From contig JAVKJW010000017.1 in the NCBI GenBank assembly GCA_031458695.1, positions 1 through 45,676 of the forward strand: 45,676 nucleotides of DNA, given 5' to 3'. Source of the stretch: Candidatus Thermofontivivens primus. GTDB lineage: Bacteria; Sysuimicrobiota; Sysuimicrobiia; Sysuimicrobiales; Thermofontiviventaceae. Shown piece after piece: positions 19,601 to 28,662 of this stretch. The stretch's first letter is position 1, and every line of letters starts with the position of its first letter. A program made the translations under genes and the position numbers. The notes under the pieces were generated by a model, which made no database searches, was not told the DNA's origin, and saw nothing but the letters and a program-made list of their open reading frames with translations.

Positions 19601-20964
19601 TTCCCAGCGCCAAGCGGGTCCAGCCCTCGTAGCGCCCCCAGTTGGACTCCCGAGGCAACGGCCTCCAGGGTAATCCGGTTCTCCTGGAGATCCCAGGAGA
19701 GGCTGCCGCTCACGACACCGTCCCCAAGCCACAGACGGGCAGAGGAGAGGAGGAAGGAGCGCCCGTCATAAGAAACCCTGGAGCTCAGCTGGTCGATTCT
19801 TTGGCCGTTGACCCTCCCCTTTGCAGCGAACATCCCTTCAATGCGCGGGATTGTCAGCGGGCCCAGAATTCGAACCTCCCCACGGGCACTCCCGGAGATC
19901 ACAACCTGGGCTGAGGGGAAGAGCAGGCGCTTCAGAGTGATCAGGTCCAAGAATGGGGAGGAGGCGACGAGGTCGACGGAAAGTCCTGGCACGCGGCGCA
20001 CCTCCCCCCGGAGGAGGAGAGGGCTAGCACCGGCTTGGAGGCGAAGGCCGGATGTACGCAGGCGGATCGGGTCTACCTCCACAGGACCGGCGAGACCCGT
20101 GATCCGCAGCCCACGGGCCAAGCGTACCTCTCCCCCGTGAAAGACCAGATTCCCGCGGTAGTCCAGGGGAGCGCCCCTCCGTGAAACCAGCAAGTTCAGA
20201 CGTGCCTCAACCTGGCCTCCTGTCCAGGAGAAGGAGGGGGAGGGGACAAGGTAGCTTCCCCACCGCGTCAAGTCGACCTTTCCCGTAGCTAGCTCGAGGT
20301 CTATCGTCCCCTCCCCGAGAATGTACTTCCCCCGGAGGCGGACAGGCGTACTTCCGTCCTCTTGGCTCCTGCCCTTCAAATCCAGCGCCACGAGAGGATT
20401 GCGCGCGAGGTCAACAGATCCTTCTACCTGCGTGAGCGTCGCCTGGAAGGGAGAGGACGACGCCCTCGCATCCCGGAAGAAGATGGTCCCGTTGCGGATG
20501 GAGACCTGTGCGCGGAAGCTTTGCATAGGGGCTTGGCCAGGGGGGCGTGCGAAGAGAGAGGAGACGTTCCATCTCCCGTAGCTGTCGCGGGCAATGAGAA
20601 GCGAAGGGGATTGCAGGGCAATCTCACGGATCGCCGGGAGAAGGCTTTGCCTGCGGAGCAGCAGGAAGGCGACTTCCCTGAGGTCGAGGCGGGCGAGGAG
20701 GCGCTGTGCGGAAAACAGGGGCACGCCCGTAGCTGCCTCCTGACGCCCCACCTGGACGTCTGTCAGGACGAGCATCCCCTCCCGGAAATTCCAGGAGACG
20801 GAAGAGAGGGTAACCTGCTGCCGGAATGCGCCAGAGAGAAGCTGAACAGCAGCCTGGTGTAGTAGGAGGGAAGTTCCCAGACCTGTTTGTATGATAACCA
20901 CGGCGCCGAGGGCAACGAGCGCAAACCCTGCCACGCACAGGGAGATCGCACGAAGGAGACGCAC
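16621..20964 (-). CDS. tamB: TamB/AsmA-family protein with C-terminal DUF490
   Basis: 1447 aa, N-terminal anchor, long Gly-rich beta-taco repeats, LSSEPPLPREEIVALL motif, terminal strands ending in Phe. Confidence 0.88.
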   Translation of the reverse strand: MRLLRAISLCVAGFALVALGAVVIIQTGLGTSLLLHQAAVQLLSGAFRQQVTLSSVSWNFREGMLVLTDVQVGRQEAATGVPLFSAQRLLARLDLREVAFLLLRRQSLLPAIREIALQSPSLLIARDSYGRWNVSSLFARPPGQAPMQSFRAQVSIRNGTIFFRDARASSSPFQATLTQVEGSVDLARNPLVALDLKGRSQEDGSTPVRLRGKYILGEGTIDLELATGKVDLTRWGSYLVPSPSFSWTGGQVEARLNLLVSRRGAPLDYRGNLVFHGGEVRLARGLRITGLAGPVEVDPIRLRTSGLRLQAGASPLLLRGEVRRVPGLSVDLVASSPFLDLITLKRLLFPSAQVVISGSARGEVRILGPLTIPRIEGMFAAKGRVNGQRIDQLSSRVSYDGRSFLLSSARLWLGDGVVSGSLSWDLQENRITLEAVASGVQLGALRGLDPLGAGNIAGRFSGDLLAFGRGGEWYALAGGRLEGVRVGSVEAKTAEGVFWYDHGSLTLDSIGLRVGSGQVFLTGQVSPGGSLSLRVAASGFQVEELTRAFRWGGGLAGDAEIEGRIGGRTGDPSFNGDVTVRGARVGSVAFDRMQASLQASKERVTSRVFQLHMGSGVIRGAGTLSLVGGRIRSVRASAEIEDFPLDRIAQLAHSPMEAAGKLSGVLRLEGSPGALQGHGQIRLEGARIAGQYVDGAEAAGTWRDGVLTLERVEARVNNSKLSGRGRVTSKGELDLSVWAQGLNLEDFPPLSRGPLRMEGVVDLQGRIGGTLQSPSVRGEIASSRLSLNGQAFDSARGRVAWSEHRLSLESLELRQGTGAYRLVGAVNLGGQRAVDLTAEVVRGRLATLVGLSGFFPGLPADGEVSGRASLAGPIQNPSGSLDLRVENGILGGERLREAVGRVSWQDRSVKIERLEAILEHGRLAAQGTVDLRGESLVEVSGQGLHLGLFAPILRRVPGGAGTLRGTVDFIAQISGPYDDPLMGISLEIKDGGLEDIFFNRLTAQAIYQRGTLVLDQALLSRDGHKAKVQGEIPLDPLTLQVPGDRPVNLRATLVDADLSLLRLLTPVVEEARGTIEGEVSLTGSIARPRMAGRLGVAQGTIRLAGLEPALEGVVADLSFTEDRVTIRRLEAGLGGGKVGVAGGITIRNLRPETVDLQLSLTPASVKLPPYYSGRVEGELYLRGPSRRPNLAGKFVLSQGELTLARGEARSTRLPPVGLDLLAAAGRDLWVHAGALRARIEGELSITGTLSTPSVEGILTAAEGEFSYLGTTFHLDEGRASFSPFRGLEPYLNAKASTLVGSTRVQASVEGTPRGLSLTLSSEPPLPREEIVALLSRQAGLEALMQGDVEGALRLELSRLLFGRFERPIREALGLSEFRLEYDFIHPPRLRIGKFLLRELYFTITTIFDSVRQSTAALEYRLTPNTNLSLNYDPTRRFSISLQTRIRF

Positions 20965-21063
20965 CCCTTCACTCCTCTCCCCTTGCCCATCTCCAGCGCC
21001 CGCCCAGGGTCACCCAGCGACACACCTCGCTTCCTCCGGAATAGCCCCAGAGACTCCGGAAGG

Positions 21064-22869
21064 TCATCGGATGATGAGCGGCACCTCAAAGCTTCCTTGG
21101 ACCACCCACTCCGTCTCGACGAGCTTCAGAGCCTGGACGTCGAAGTTGAGGAAGTTCACGTCCAGGGAGCCGAGCTGAGGGAACCCGAAGGGCAGGACTG
21201 TGAGCAAGAGATCTGTATTCCGGCCGAAGTTCTCGAAGAAGTCAATAGCCTCCTCCAGGTTCTTGGCAGGGATGGGCTCTGGTTCCTTGAGCAGGAGCTG
21301 GGTGAACCGGACCTCCAGGGGGAACTCCTCCCTCGGCTGGATGCCAGCCGATCGGATGAGGAGAACCGCCGGTCCCGTAGGGAAATTCTGTGGAATAGGG
21401 ATCTCGATGACCTTGGAGATCTGCTCGGCCTGGCGCCATGGGCGCATGTGTACGCGCACTCGCACATTCCCTCCCCTGGGAACCTCGCGCCTCTCCACTT
21501 CCGCGCGTACAATGGCTGCCGTCCGCCGCATCCGCTCGACCGAAGCCTCGATAGAGATCTCAATGGGGTCGGTGGCAACGAACTCGTTGTTGAACAGGAA
21601 TCGCATCGCCTCTGGGAGTTCCAATGCCGAGGCAAGGCCGATGTCGCGGCTGCTGTAGAAAAGGTTCGTCCGGACAATCGGGCGAGGGAACCCCTTGCTC
21701 ATCAGGGTCATCTTCACCTGCGCCGTCCCCTCGCCGATGGCGTCCATGCTGCGGTCCAAGGCGCTCACATACACGAACGGGGTGAGGACTGTGGCGAGGT
21801 CAGGGCGCCGTGCCACCATCGAGCTCATAGCCACGACCTTCCCGGTGTCCCGGTTGGTGACCTGGACCCGCACGTTGAACATCCGCGGGAACTTGCCGAT
21901 CTCCCCGGCGATGGCGGCGGCCCTGTCCTGGGAGATACGCCCGATCACCGAGCCGACGATCCCCTCTTTGAACGGGTGCTCAATGCTCCGAACGACGGTG
22001 AAGATATACGCAGGGGTCAAGGTAAAGTCGACATCCCCCAGGTTAAAGAAGGGATGGCCGAACGCCAAGATTTTATTGCCTTTTCTCCAGGTGACCGTCC
22101 CAATGGCCCCAAGCCCGATGTCTCCCCGCATGATGTGCGTTCCCATGGCACTCCCTGGCTCCAGGGGCGGCTCAGGGAACTTGCCAATCCCTCCCCTGCT
22201 CTGGACAGCAACGACGTTGTAGGTCTTGAGGACGTCCCGAAGGATGGAGAAGGCGCGATCGCTCATCCCGGTAGTCAGCAGGGGAACCGCTGCAGGGGCC
22301 ATGGCGATGGTACCAGGGAGGCCTGCGGCATTCCACCGTTTCGCTTCCAGGTCGTTTCCCGCAAGGATCACAGTCTGGATCGTCCGGTCGCCTACTTTGA
22401 TGGGCTTCTCGGCGATCCACACCTTGGGGACCTCTGTGGTGCTCGGCCCACCCTCCAGGACTTTGAGCATATCCTCGATAGGCGTGGCCAAAGCAAGGTT
22501 GCTGTCAGGACCGGCGAACGTCCACCCTGCGCTGAGCGCGCCAAGGAGGCGGCCGTTGATGTAGATAGGGCTCCCGCTCATCCCTGCTGCCGTCCCTCCA
22601 GAGCGCTCGATCACCGGGCCCGTGGCCCGAAACATGACAAGGTGCCGCACAGGGATGGGCGGCCCGCCCCTCAATACACCCAAGATCTCGACGTCAAATG
22701 TCTCAACCTTCGTCCCCTGGATGACGGTCTTTCCAATCCCGCGCATCCCCGGCTTCACTTGGTCGACGGGGAGGATTTCAGGATCCTGCTGGGCAAACCC
22801 GAGCCCGACCAATGGGACGAGCAGGGTAAACAGGAGCAATGCCACCACAAGCACACGTATACCCTTCAC
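21064..22869 (-). CDS. Exported SpoIVB-like peptidase (family S55)
   Basis: Signal peptide; GKTVIQGTKVETFDVEILGV, AAGMSGSPIY (catalytic Ser), AFGHPF. Confidence 0.88.
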   Translation of the reverse strand: MKGIRVLVVALLLFTLLVPLVGLGFAQQDPEILPVDQVKPGMRGIGKTVIQGTKVETFDVEILGVLRGGPPIPVRHLVMFRATGPVIERSGGTAAGMSGSPIYINGRLLGALSAGWTFAGPDSNLALATPIEDMLKVLEGGPSTTEVPKVWIAEKPIKVGDRTIQTVILAGNDLEAKRWNAAGLPGTIAMAPAAVPLLTTGMSDRAFSILRDVLKTYNVVAVQSRGGIGKFPEPPLEPGSAMGTHIMRGDIGLGAIGTVTWRKGNKILAFGHPFFNLGDVDFTLTPAYIFTVVRSIEHPFKEGIVGSVIGRISQDRAAAIAGEIGKFPRMFNVRVQVTNRDTGKVVAMSSMVARRPDLATVLTPFVYVSALDRSMDAIGEGTAQVKMTLMSKGFPRPIVRTNLFYSSRDIGLASALELPEAMRFLFNNEFVATDPIEISIEASVERMRRTAAIVRAEVERREVPRGGNVRVRVHMRPWRQAEQISKVIEIPIPQNFPTGPAVLLIRSAGIQPREEFPLEVRFTQLLLKEPEPIPAKNLEEAIDFFENFGRNTDLLLTVLPFGFPQLGSLDVNFLNFDVQALKLVETEWVVQGSFEVPLIIR

Positions 22870-22887
22870 GCATTCTTCCTCCTTCCC

Positions 22888-23214
22888 TTATCCTTTGCAA
22901 ATGCGCACGAGTACCGCTCTCCGGCTCACCATCTCCAACGTAATGATATCCCCCGGCTTGACGAGGACCTCCAGGACGGTCCCATCCACGGTCGCCCTGG
23001 CGGTGACAGCCTGCGGGTTTGTAGATGTCCGGACGAAGACCAAGTCGTCCCCCTCCCGCACGCGTGCACCCACCTCGGGCACCTTCACCACAACTCCTGC
23101 CACACTTGGATAGATCTCCACGATCTCCGTCGCGCAAGCTGGGGCAGAGAGGCCGGAGGCCGGGAGGGTTGCAATGGCTAGGACCGCGAGCGCGGTCCAT
23201 GTGGCCGCGCGCAT
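22888..23214 (-). CDS. Small exported biotinyl/lipoyl-fold (barrel-sandwich hybrid) protein
   Basis: Signal peptide; PSVAGVV...VGARVREGD...ATVDGTVLEVLVKPGD; no Lys at the hairpin. Confidence 0.7.
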   Translation of the reverse strand: MRAATWTALAVLAIATLPASGLSAPACATEIVEIYPSVAGVVVKVPEVGARVREGDDLVFVRTSTNPQAVTARATVDGTVLEVLVKPGDIITLEMVSRRAVLVRICKG

Positions 23215-23292
23215 CAGGCTCTCCCCCAAAGAGAGAAATACGCCCACGGCGCAAGAATTCCCGCCAGGGCCACAGTACCTGGATCAGTTCCC

Positions 23293-23321
23293 AGTATAGG
23301 GGTGGAGGGTTGCGGTGTCAA
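23293..23321 (-). promoter_or_regulatory. Sigma70 promoter of the OM biogenesis operon
   Basis: Minus strand TTGACA (23321-23316), 17 nt spacer, TATACT (23298-23293); the -35 overlaps the wecB stop codon. Confidence 0.8.
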
Positions 23322-24529
23322 ACCCCCGGCTCCCCAACGAAATCCACCGAGTTTGTGACGGCGAACTCTTCCGGGGGATGAGAGGAGAACCCAAAGAAGT
23401 AGCGGAGGGCACTGACGATGCGCTCAGCGGCGCGACCGTCCCCATAGGGGTTCACGGCGCAAGCCATACGCTGGTACGCCTTCAAGTCGGTCAGAAGCCA
23501 CGTGACCTCCTCCACGATCCTCTCGCGGTCCGTCCCCACCACCTTGACCGTCCCCGCCTTCACCCCCTCTGGCCGTTCGGTCACCCGGCGCAGTACTAGG
23601 ACTGGCCTTCCCAGCGATGGTGCTTCCTCCTGGATTCCTCCCGAGTCGGTAAGAATCAGCGTGGCCTTCTTCATGAGCTGGACAAACGGTCCGTAATCGG
23701 GTGGAGGGATCAGGTATGCCCTGGGGTGGCCCTTGAGGACCTCCTCCACAGTCCTCACCACGACCGGATTGGGATGGACGGAAAAGATCACCAGGAGGTC
23801 TGGAAAACGCTCCAGGAGGTCGCGCAGGGCAAGGCAAATCTGGCGCTGCGGCTCCCCCCAGTTCTCCCTGCGATGGGTCTCCACAAGGAGGACGCGGCGG
23901 CCGTCCAGGGAGGGGAGCCCTAAGGAGGAAAGGGGGTAAGAACGGGACGCCACCTCAAGGAGCGCATCGATGACCGTGTTCCCTGTCACGTAGATTGCCT
24001 CACGCGGAATACCTTCCCTCAAAAGATTGTCCCTCGCCCAGGCAGTAGGGGCGAAGTGAAGGTCTGCCAGGGCTGAGGTCATTCGGCGGTACATCTCCTC
24101 GGGGAAGGGCTCATACTTGTTGGCAGTTCGGAGTCCTGCTTCGACATGGCCGATGGGGATCTTGTGGTAGAACGCCACAAGAGCTCCTAGGAACGTCGGC
24201 GCCGCGTCACCCTGGACGAGGACCATTGCTGGGCGGGCATCCCGGAGGACGCGGTCCAGCCCGGTGAGGGAGCGAATGGTGATATCCATGAGGGACTGCT
24301 CTGGTCGCATGATGTCGAGGTCGTAGTCGGGGACGATCTCAAAGAGGGTGAGCACCTGGTCGAGCATCTCCCGGTGCTGGGCAGTGACGGTGACAATGGG
24401 CCGAAACTCCTGAGGAAAGCGACGAAGGGCTTTCACCACCGGGGCCATCTTGATGGCCTCAGGCCTCGTGCCGAAGATGAGCATGATGGGAAGCGGACCC
24501 GGCACCGCAGGCGGGGAAGTCCTTGCCAT
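23318..24529 (-). CDS. wecB: UDP-N-acetylglucosamine 2-epimerase (non-hydrolysing)
   Basis: FGTRPEAIKMAPV, QHREMLDQ, GHVEAGLRT, HRREN, TDSGGIQEEAPSLG, ERPE, NPYGDG. Confidence 0.97.
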   Translation of the reverse strand: MARTSPPAVPGPLPIMLIFGTRPEAIKMAPVVKALRRFPQEFRPIVTVTAQHREMLDQVLTLFEIVPDYDLDIMRPEQSLMDITIRSLTGLDRVLRDARPAMVLVQGDAAPTFLGALVAFYHKIPIGHVEAGLRTANKYEPFPEEMYRRMTSALADLHFAPTAWARDNLLREGIPREAIYVTGNTVIDALLEVASRSYPLSSLGLPSLDGRRVLLVETHRRENWGEPQRQICLALRDLLERFPDLLVIFSVHPNPVVVRTVEEVLKGHPRAYLIPPPDYGPFVQLMKKATLILTDSGGIQEEAPSLGRPVLVLRRVTERPEGVKAGTVKVVGTDRERIVEEVTWLLTDLKAYQRMACAVNPYGDGRAAERIVSALRYFFGFSSHPPEEFAVTNSVDFVGEPGV

Positions 24530-24540
24530 CGTGATCCTCC

Positions 24541-25635
24541 CTAATGGAACTGCAGGAGGCCCATACGCTTCGCGCCAACGATGAGCACTACAGCAATGGC
24601 CCCGAGGGTGATGAGTGCGGGGACCCGGTTGATTCCCGCGAGGGCAAGGGCACCGATCCCGAGGAATGCGCTCAGAAGGTAGAGGAGGAGCACCGTTTGC
24701 CGCTGGGTGAGGCCGCGGTCGAGGAGGCGGTGATGGAGGTGGCCACGGTCAGGGAGGTAGATGGGGTAGCCGGTGCGCAGCCGTCGGACGATGGCGAAGG
24801 CGGTGTCGAAGATCGGGACTCCCAAGGCGAGGAGGGGGACGAGGAGGGAGATTGCCGTTACGCTCTTGTAGAGCCCCATCACGGAGACAGCGCCGAGGAC
24901 ATAGCCAAGGAACATCGATCCAGAATCCCCCATGAAGATCCGGGCGGGGTTGAAATTGTAGCGCAGGAAGCCGAGGCTACTCCCCACTACGGCAGCCATC
25001 ATAGCCATGGCTGGGAGATCCTGGCGCTGGCTTGCGGTCAGAAAGAGAACGATCGCAGCGATGGCGGAGATCCCAGCGGCAAGCCCATCCACGCCGTCAA
25101 TGAAGTTGATGATATTGGTCGTGGCCACGACCCAAAGGGTTGTCACAAGGGCCCCCCATCTTCCAATGTACATGATCCCGCTCAGGGGATTGGTCAGGAA
25201 CAGGGTGGAAAGACCGAAGGGGATGAGGAGCGCTGCGCACACAACTTGGCCCAAGAACTTCACACCAGGGTGCATTCCCCGGATGTCGTCGATGGCTCCC
25301 AGGAGTGTAATCAGCGTCCCTCCCAGGAGGATCCCCACCATCGCCCGGTCGCTCTCGGGGACGAGAGGGATCCGGATGATGAGCTGGTTCGCTGATCGCA
25401 GGACCTCGATGGTCCGGCTCATTGGGATGGCAACCAGGAGTGCGGTGACGAATCCAGCGTAGATGGCTAGACCGCCCAGACGCGGCTTGGGACGCTTGTG
25501 GATCCTCCGCCCCCCAGGGTAATCCACAGCTCCAGTCCAGCGGGCGATCTTGCGCACGTACGGTGTCAGCGCCCCGGTCACACCCCAGGCGATCAACGCA
25601 ACAAGGAAATAGGAAGGGATCGTAAAGTATTTCAT
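24541..25635 (-). CDS. Undecaprenyl-phosphate GlcNAc-1-phosphate transferase (WecA/TagO, GT4)
   Basis: GAIDD, NFIDGVDGLA, NFNPARIFMGDSGS, DRGHLHHRLL. Confidence 0.95.
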   Translation of the reverse strand: MKYFTIPSYFLVALIAWGVTGALTPYVRKIARWTGAVDYPGGRRIHKRPKPRLGGLAIYAGFVTALLVAIPMSRTIEVLRSANQLIIRIPLVPESDRAMVGILLGGTLITLLGAIDDIRGMHPGVKFLGQVVCAALLIPFGLSTLFLTNPLSGIMYIGRWGALVTTLWVVATTNIINFIDGVDGLAAGISAIAAIVLFLTASQRQDLPAMAMMAAVVGSSLGFLRYNFNPARIFMGDSGSMFLGYVLGAVSVMGLYKSVTAISLLVPLLALGVPIFDTAFAIVRRLRTGYPIYLPDRGHLHHRLLDRGLTQRQTVLLLYLLSAFLGIGALALAGINRVPALITLGAIAVVLIVGAKRMGLLQFH

Positions 25636-26588
25636 CCTTGTTCGAACAGCGCGCTCACCGAACGGTTCTCGTGGATCCTCCGGATGGCCTCAGCAAGGAT
25701 CCCGGCCACAGAGAGGACGGTGATCTTTTCGATGCGCTTCTCCGGCGGGACGGGGACGGTATTGGTCACCACAAGTTCCTGGATCGGCCCCTCGGAGATA
25801 CGCTCGATGGCGGGACCTGAGAGGATCGCGTGGGTACAGCAGGCGTAGACCTCCCGGACCCCGCGCTTGATGAGTGCCTCTGCGGCCATCACTAGCGTCC
25901 CTGCCGTATCCACAATGTCGTCCACAAGAATCGCCGTCTTCCTGTAAACCTTTCCAATCACGTGGACGACCTCCGAGACGTGGTTGGGTCGGTCACGGCG
26001 CTTGTCCACAATGGCAAGGGGGGCCCTGATCTGGCTCGCGAACTCCCTCGCCCTCTTAACTCCGCCGATATCCGGCGACACCACGACGACGTTTTCCAAA
26101 CCTTTCCGCAAGAAGTAATCCCCCAGGATCATCCGCGAGGGCAGGTGATCGAGGGGGATATCGAAGAATCCCCAGAGCTGCCCGGCATGGAGGTCCACTG
26201 TGAGGATCCGATCAGCCCCCGCGGTGGTGAGGAGGTTGGCCACGAGCTTGGCGGAGATCGGTTCCCGGGGCTTCGTCTTCCGGTCCTGGCGAGCGTATCC
26301 AAAATAGGGAATCACCGCTGTGATCCGCGCCGCCGAGGCCCGCTTGAGGGCATCGATGATCACGAGCAGCTCGATCAGGTTTTCGTTCACAGGGGGGCAG
26401 GTGGACTGGATGACGAAGGCATCTGCGCCGCGGACACTCTCCTCAATCCGCACGCCCACCTCCCCGTCTGCGTACCGGAAGATGTTGATCTTCCCCAGCT
26501 CGACCTCCAAGATCTCGGCAACTTCCCGTGCGAGCCCGGGGTTCGACGTGCCGCTGAGGACACACAGACGGTTCGAGGAGTACGGCAT
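25632..26588 (-). CDS. prs: Ribose-phosphate pyrophosphokinase
   Basis: PYFGYARQDRK, DLHAGQ, VVSPDIGGVKRA, VDDIVDTAGT. Confidence 0.98.
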   Translation of the reverse strand: MPYSSNRLCVLSGTSNPGLAREVAEILEVELGKINIFRYADGEVGVRIEESVRGADAFVIQSTCPPVNENLIELLVIIDALKRASAARITAVIPYFGYARQDRKTKPREPISAKLVANLLTTAGADRILTVDLHAGQLWGFFDIPLDHLPSRMILGDYFLRKGLENVVVVSPDIGGVKRAREFASQIRAPLAIVDKRRDRPNHVSEVVHVIGKVYRKTAILVDDIVDTAGTLVMAAEALIKRGVREVYACCTHAILSGPAIERISEGPIQELVVTNTVPVPPEKRIEKITVLSVAGILAEAIRRIHENRSVSALFEQG

Positions 26589-26611
26589 CTCTGGATGTAT
26601 GAGTCCTCCCG

Positions 26612-27967
26612 TTAGCTCTCTTCCTCTGGGAGGTACCGGATCACTCTCGCCGGTACCCCTACTGCCACCCCGCGCGGAGGGACGTCCTTGTTCACCACGG
26701 ACCCTGCGCCAGTCATCGCGCCCTTCCCCACGCGCACCGGCGCGATGAGCATCGTATCGCTCCCAATGAACGCGCCTTCCTCAATAGTGGTGGGGTGCTT
26801 GCGCTTCCCGTCGAAGTTGCAGGTGATGGTCCCTGCCCCGATGTTCACTCGGCTCCCCACGGTGGCATCTCCAAGATAACTCATGTGGTGGACCTTCGTG
26901 TAGTCCCCTACCCGGGCATTTTTCATCTCCGCATAGTTCCCGATCTCCACAAACCGCCCGATGACATTCCCGGGCCTCAGGTGGGCATAGGGCCCGATGG
27001 TGGTCCCCTCGCCGATTTCGCTCTCTTCGACGGTGGAGGAAAGGATGCGTACCCGGTCCGCGATCCGAGCTCCACGGAGGTGGGCGAATGGACCGATGAC
27101 GCACGCACGGCCAATGGTCGTGTCGCCCTCAATCACCGTGAAGGGATGGAGGATGGTCTCCTCTCCCACTACGGCAGTCGCGTGCACATAAGTGGTCCTT
27201 GGGTCGACCACGGTTACCCCTTGGTCCATGAGGCGATCCAGGATCCTCTGACGCATGACCTCCTCAGCGCGACTTAGCTCCCGCCGTGAGTTCACCCCAA
27301 GTGCCTCCTGGGCGTTCACCTCTATGCTCGCCACGAGACGGCCGTGGCGGATCAGCCAGGAAACAGCATCTGTGAGGTAGTACTCACCCTGGACGTTATC
27401 CCGCTGGAGGTGCGGGAGGGCTTCCAGCAACTCTTGGGCTGAGAACGCATAGATCCCAGCGTTGATCTCGCGGATCCGCCGCTCCTCCGGGGTACAGTCG
27501 CCCTCCTCGACAATACGCTCCACGCGGCCGTCTCTCCCCCGGATGACACGCCCATACCCAGTTGGGTCCTCCACGACACTCACCGCGATGGTCGCCGCCG
27601 CTCGTAATTCCTCGTGGCGGGAGGCAAGCTCCTCTAATGTCGCCGCCGTCACGAGAGGGACATCCCCGTAGAGCACGAGGACAGTGCCGGAAAACCCCTC
27701 CAGTAAGGAGGAGGCCACTTGCACGGCGTGGCCAGTCCCAAGAGGCTGTGGCTGTTCTACAAATGTGCCCCTCTCACCGATGGCTTCCTTCACTAAGTTG
27801 GCGCCATGGCCCACGACGACAATGGGGTTGGGGATCCCCACCCCTTCCAGGGCATCCAGGACGTAGCCTACCATCGGCCGCCCGCACAGCGGGTGCAGGA
27901 CCTTGGGCAGAGGCGAGCGCATGCGCTTGCCTTCGCCTGCGGCGAGAACGATCGCCTTCCTCTCCAC
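26612..27967 (-). CDS. glmU: Bifunctional UDP-GlcNAc pyrophosphorylase / glucosamine-1-phosphate acetyltransferase
   Basis: LAAGEGKRMRS..PKVLH, LGTGHAV, LYGDVP, GEYYLTD, HMSYLGDA, NIGAGTITCNFDG. Confidence 0.98.
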   Translation of the reverse strand: MERKAIVLAAGEGKRMRSPLPKVLHPLCGRPMVGYVLDALEGVGIPNPIVVVGHGANLVKEAIGERGTFVEQPQPLGTGHAVQVASSLLEGFSGTVLVLYGDVPLVTAATLEELASRHEELRAAATIAVSVVEDPTGYGRVIRGRDGRVERIVEEGDCTPEERRIREINAGIYAFSAQELLEALPHLQRDNVQGEYYLTDAVSWLIRHGRLVASIEVNAQEALGVNSRRELSRAEEVMRQRILDRLMDQGVTVVDPRTTYVHATAVVGEETILHPFTVIEGDTTIGRACVIGPFAHLRGARIADRVRILSSTVEESEIGEGTTIGPYAHLRPGNVIGRFVEIGNYAEMKNARVGDYTKVHHMSYLGDATVGSRVNIGAGTITCNFDGKRKHPTTIEEGAFIGSDTMLIAPVRVGKGAMTGAGSVVNKDVPPRGVAVGVPARVIRYLPEEES

Positions 27968-28095
27968 GACCTATGCCCCCTACCCCTCGTCCTTCTGGTC
28001 TCCAGATGGGGTGCCCCATGGGTATTTCTTTTCCCTTTTATAGAATCCCTCTTGGATGGCTCAGATTGCGTCCTGTCACCGTTCCTGATGCAAAT

Positions 28096-28135
28096 AGGCG
28101 TTGGGGGCATGGCGCCCGCCATGCCCCCAACGCCT
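28096..28135 (-). terminator. Perfect 18-bp hairpin downstream of hsp20, probable terminator
   Basis: AGGCGTTGGGGGCATGGC-GCCC-GCCATGCCCCCAACGCCT, followed by only a weak ATTT tail on the minus strand. Confidence 0.7.
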
Positions 28136-28153
28136 GACCGGCGAAAAACCGGG

Positions 28154-28600
28154 TCACTCCTTAACCTCGATCTTGATGGTCTTCGGGAGGGCCTCTTCGG
28201 CCTTGGGGATGCGTACCTCCAGGATCCCGTGGCGGAAGGTAGCCTTAGCCCCTTCGGCCTTCACGTCAACGGGGAGGGTGATGGACCGGCTGAAGGCGCC
28301 GTAGCGCAGCTCCCGCCGATAGTAGTCCTTTTCGTTCACCTCCCGCTCCAGCTTGGACTCCCCCTTCAGCGAGAGGACATTCCCGCTGATGGAGATGTCC
28401 ACATCCTTCGGGTCGATCCCAGGGAGCTCCGCCCTGACGACCACCTCCCGGTCCGTCTCGTAGAGATCAATGGCAGGCTGCCACCTCTCCGCCCTCACCC
28501 GGCGAAGCGGCCGCCTCCCGAAGAAGTCCTCAAACAACCGGTCCACGCTCTCTCGGAGCTCTTCAAGCTCCTCGAATGGATCCCAGCGCAGCAGGGACAT
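28154..28600 (-). CDS. Hsp20/alpha-crystallin small heat shock protein
   Basis: WDPFEEL, PAIDLYET, AELPG, YGAFSRSITLP, ATFRHGILEVRIPK; SD AGGAGGG 6 nt before ATG 28600. Confidence 0.95.
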   Translation of the reverse strand: MSLLRWDPFEELEELRESVDRLFEDFFGRRPLRRVRAERWQPAIDLYETDREVVVRAELPGIDPKDVDISISGNVLSLKGESKLEREVNEKDYYRRELRYGAFSRSITLPVDVKAEGAKATFRHGILEVRIPKAEEALPKTIKIEVKE

Positions 28601-28662
28601 GTCCATCCCTCCTTTCCACAGGTTTCGGGCCCCCAGGAGGGCCCTTGCTCTGTGCACCACCA

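Noticed and set aside
15915..22869. Sporulation locus (SpoIVB plus sigma factor)
   Set aside because: No other sporulation genes in the window, and the context is entirely OM biogenesis.
20887..23181. 764-aa plus-strand ORF
   Set aside because: Antisense shadow of the S55 peptidase and lipoyl-fold genes; no recognisable motifs, and expected in GC-rich DNA.
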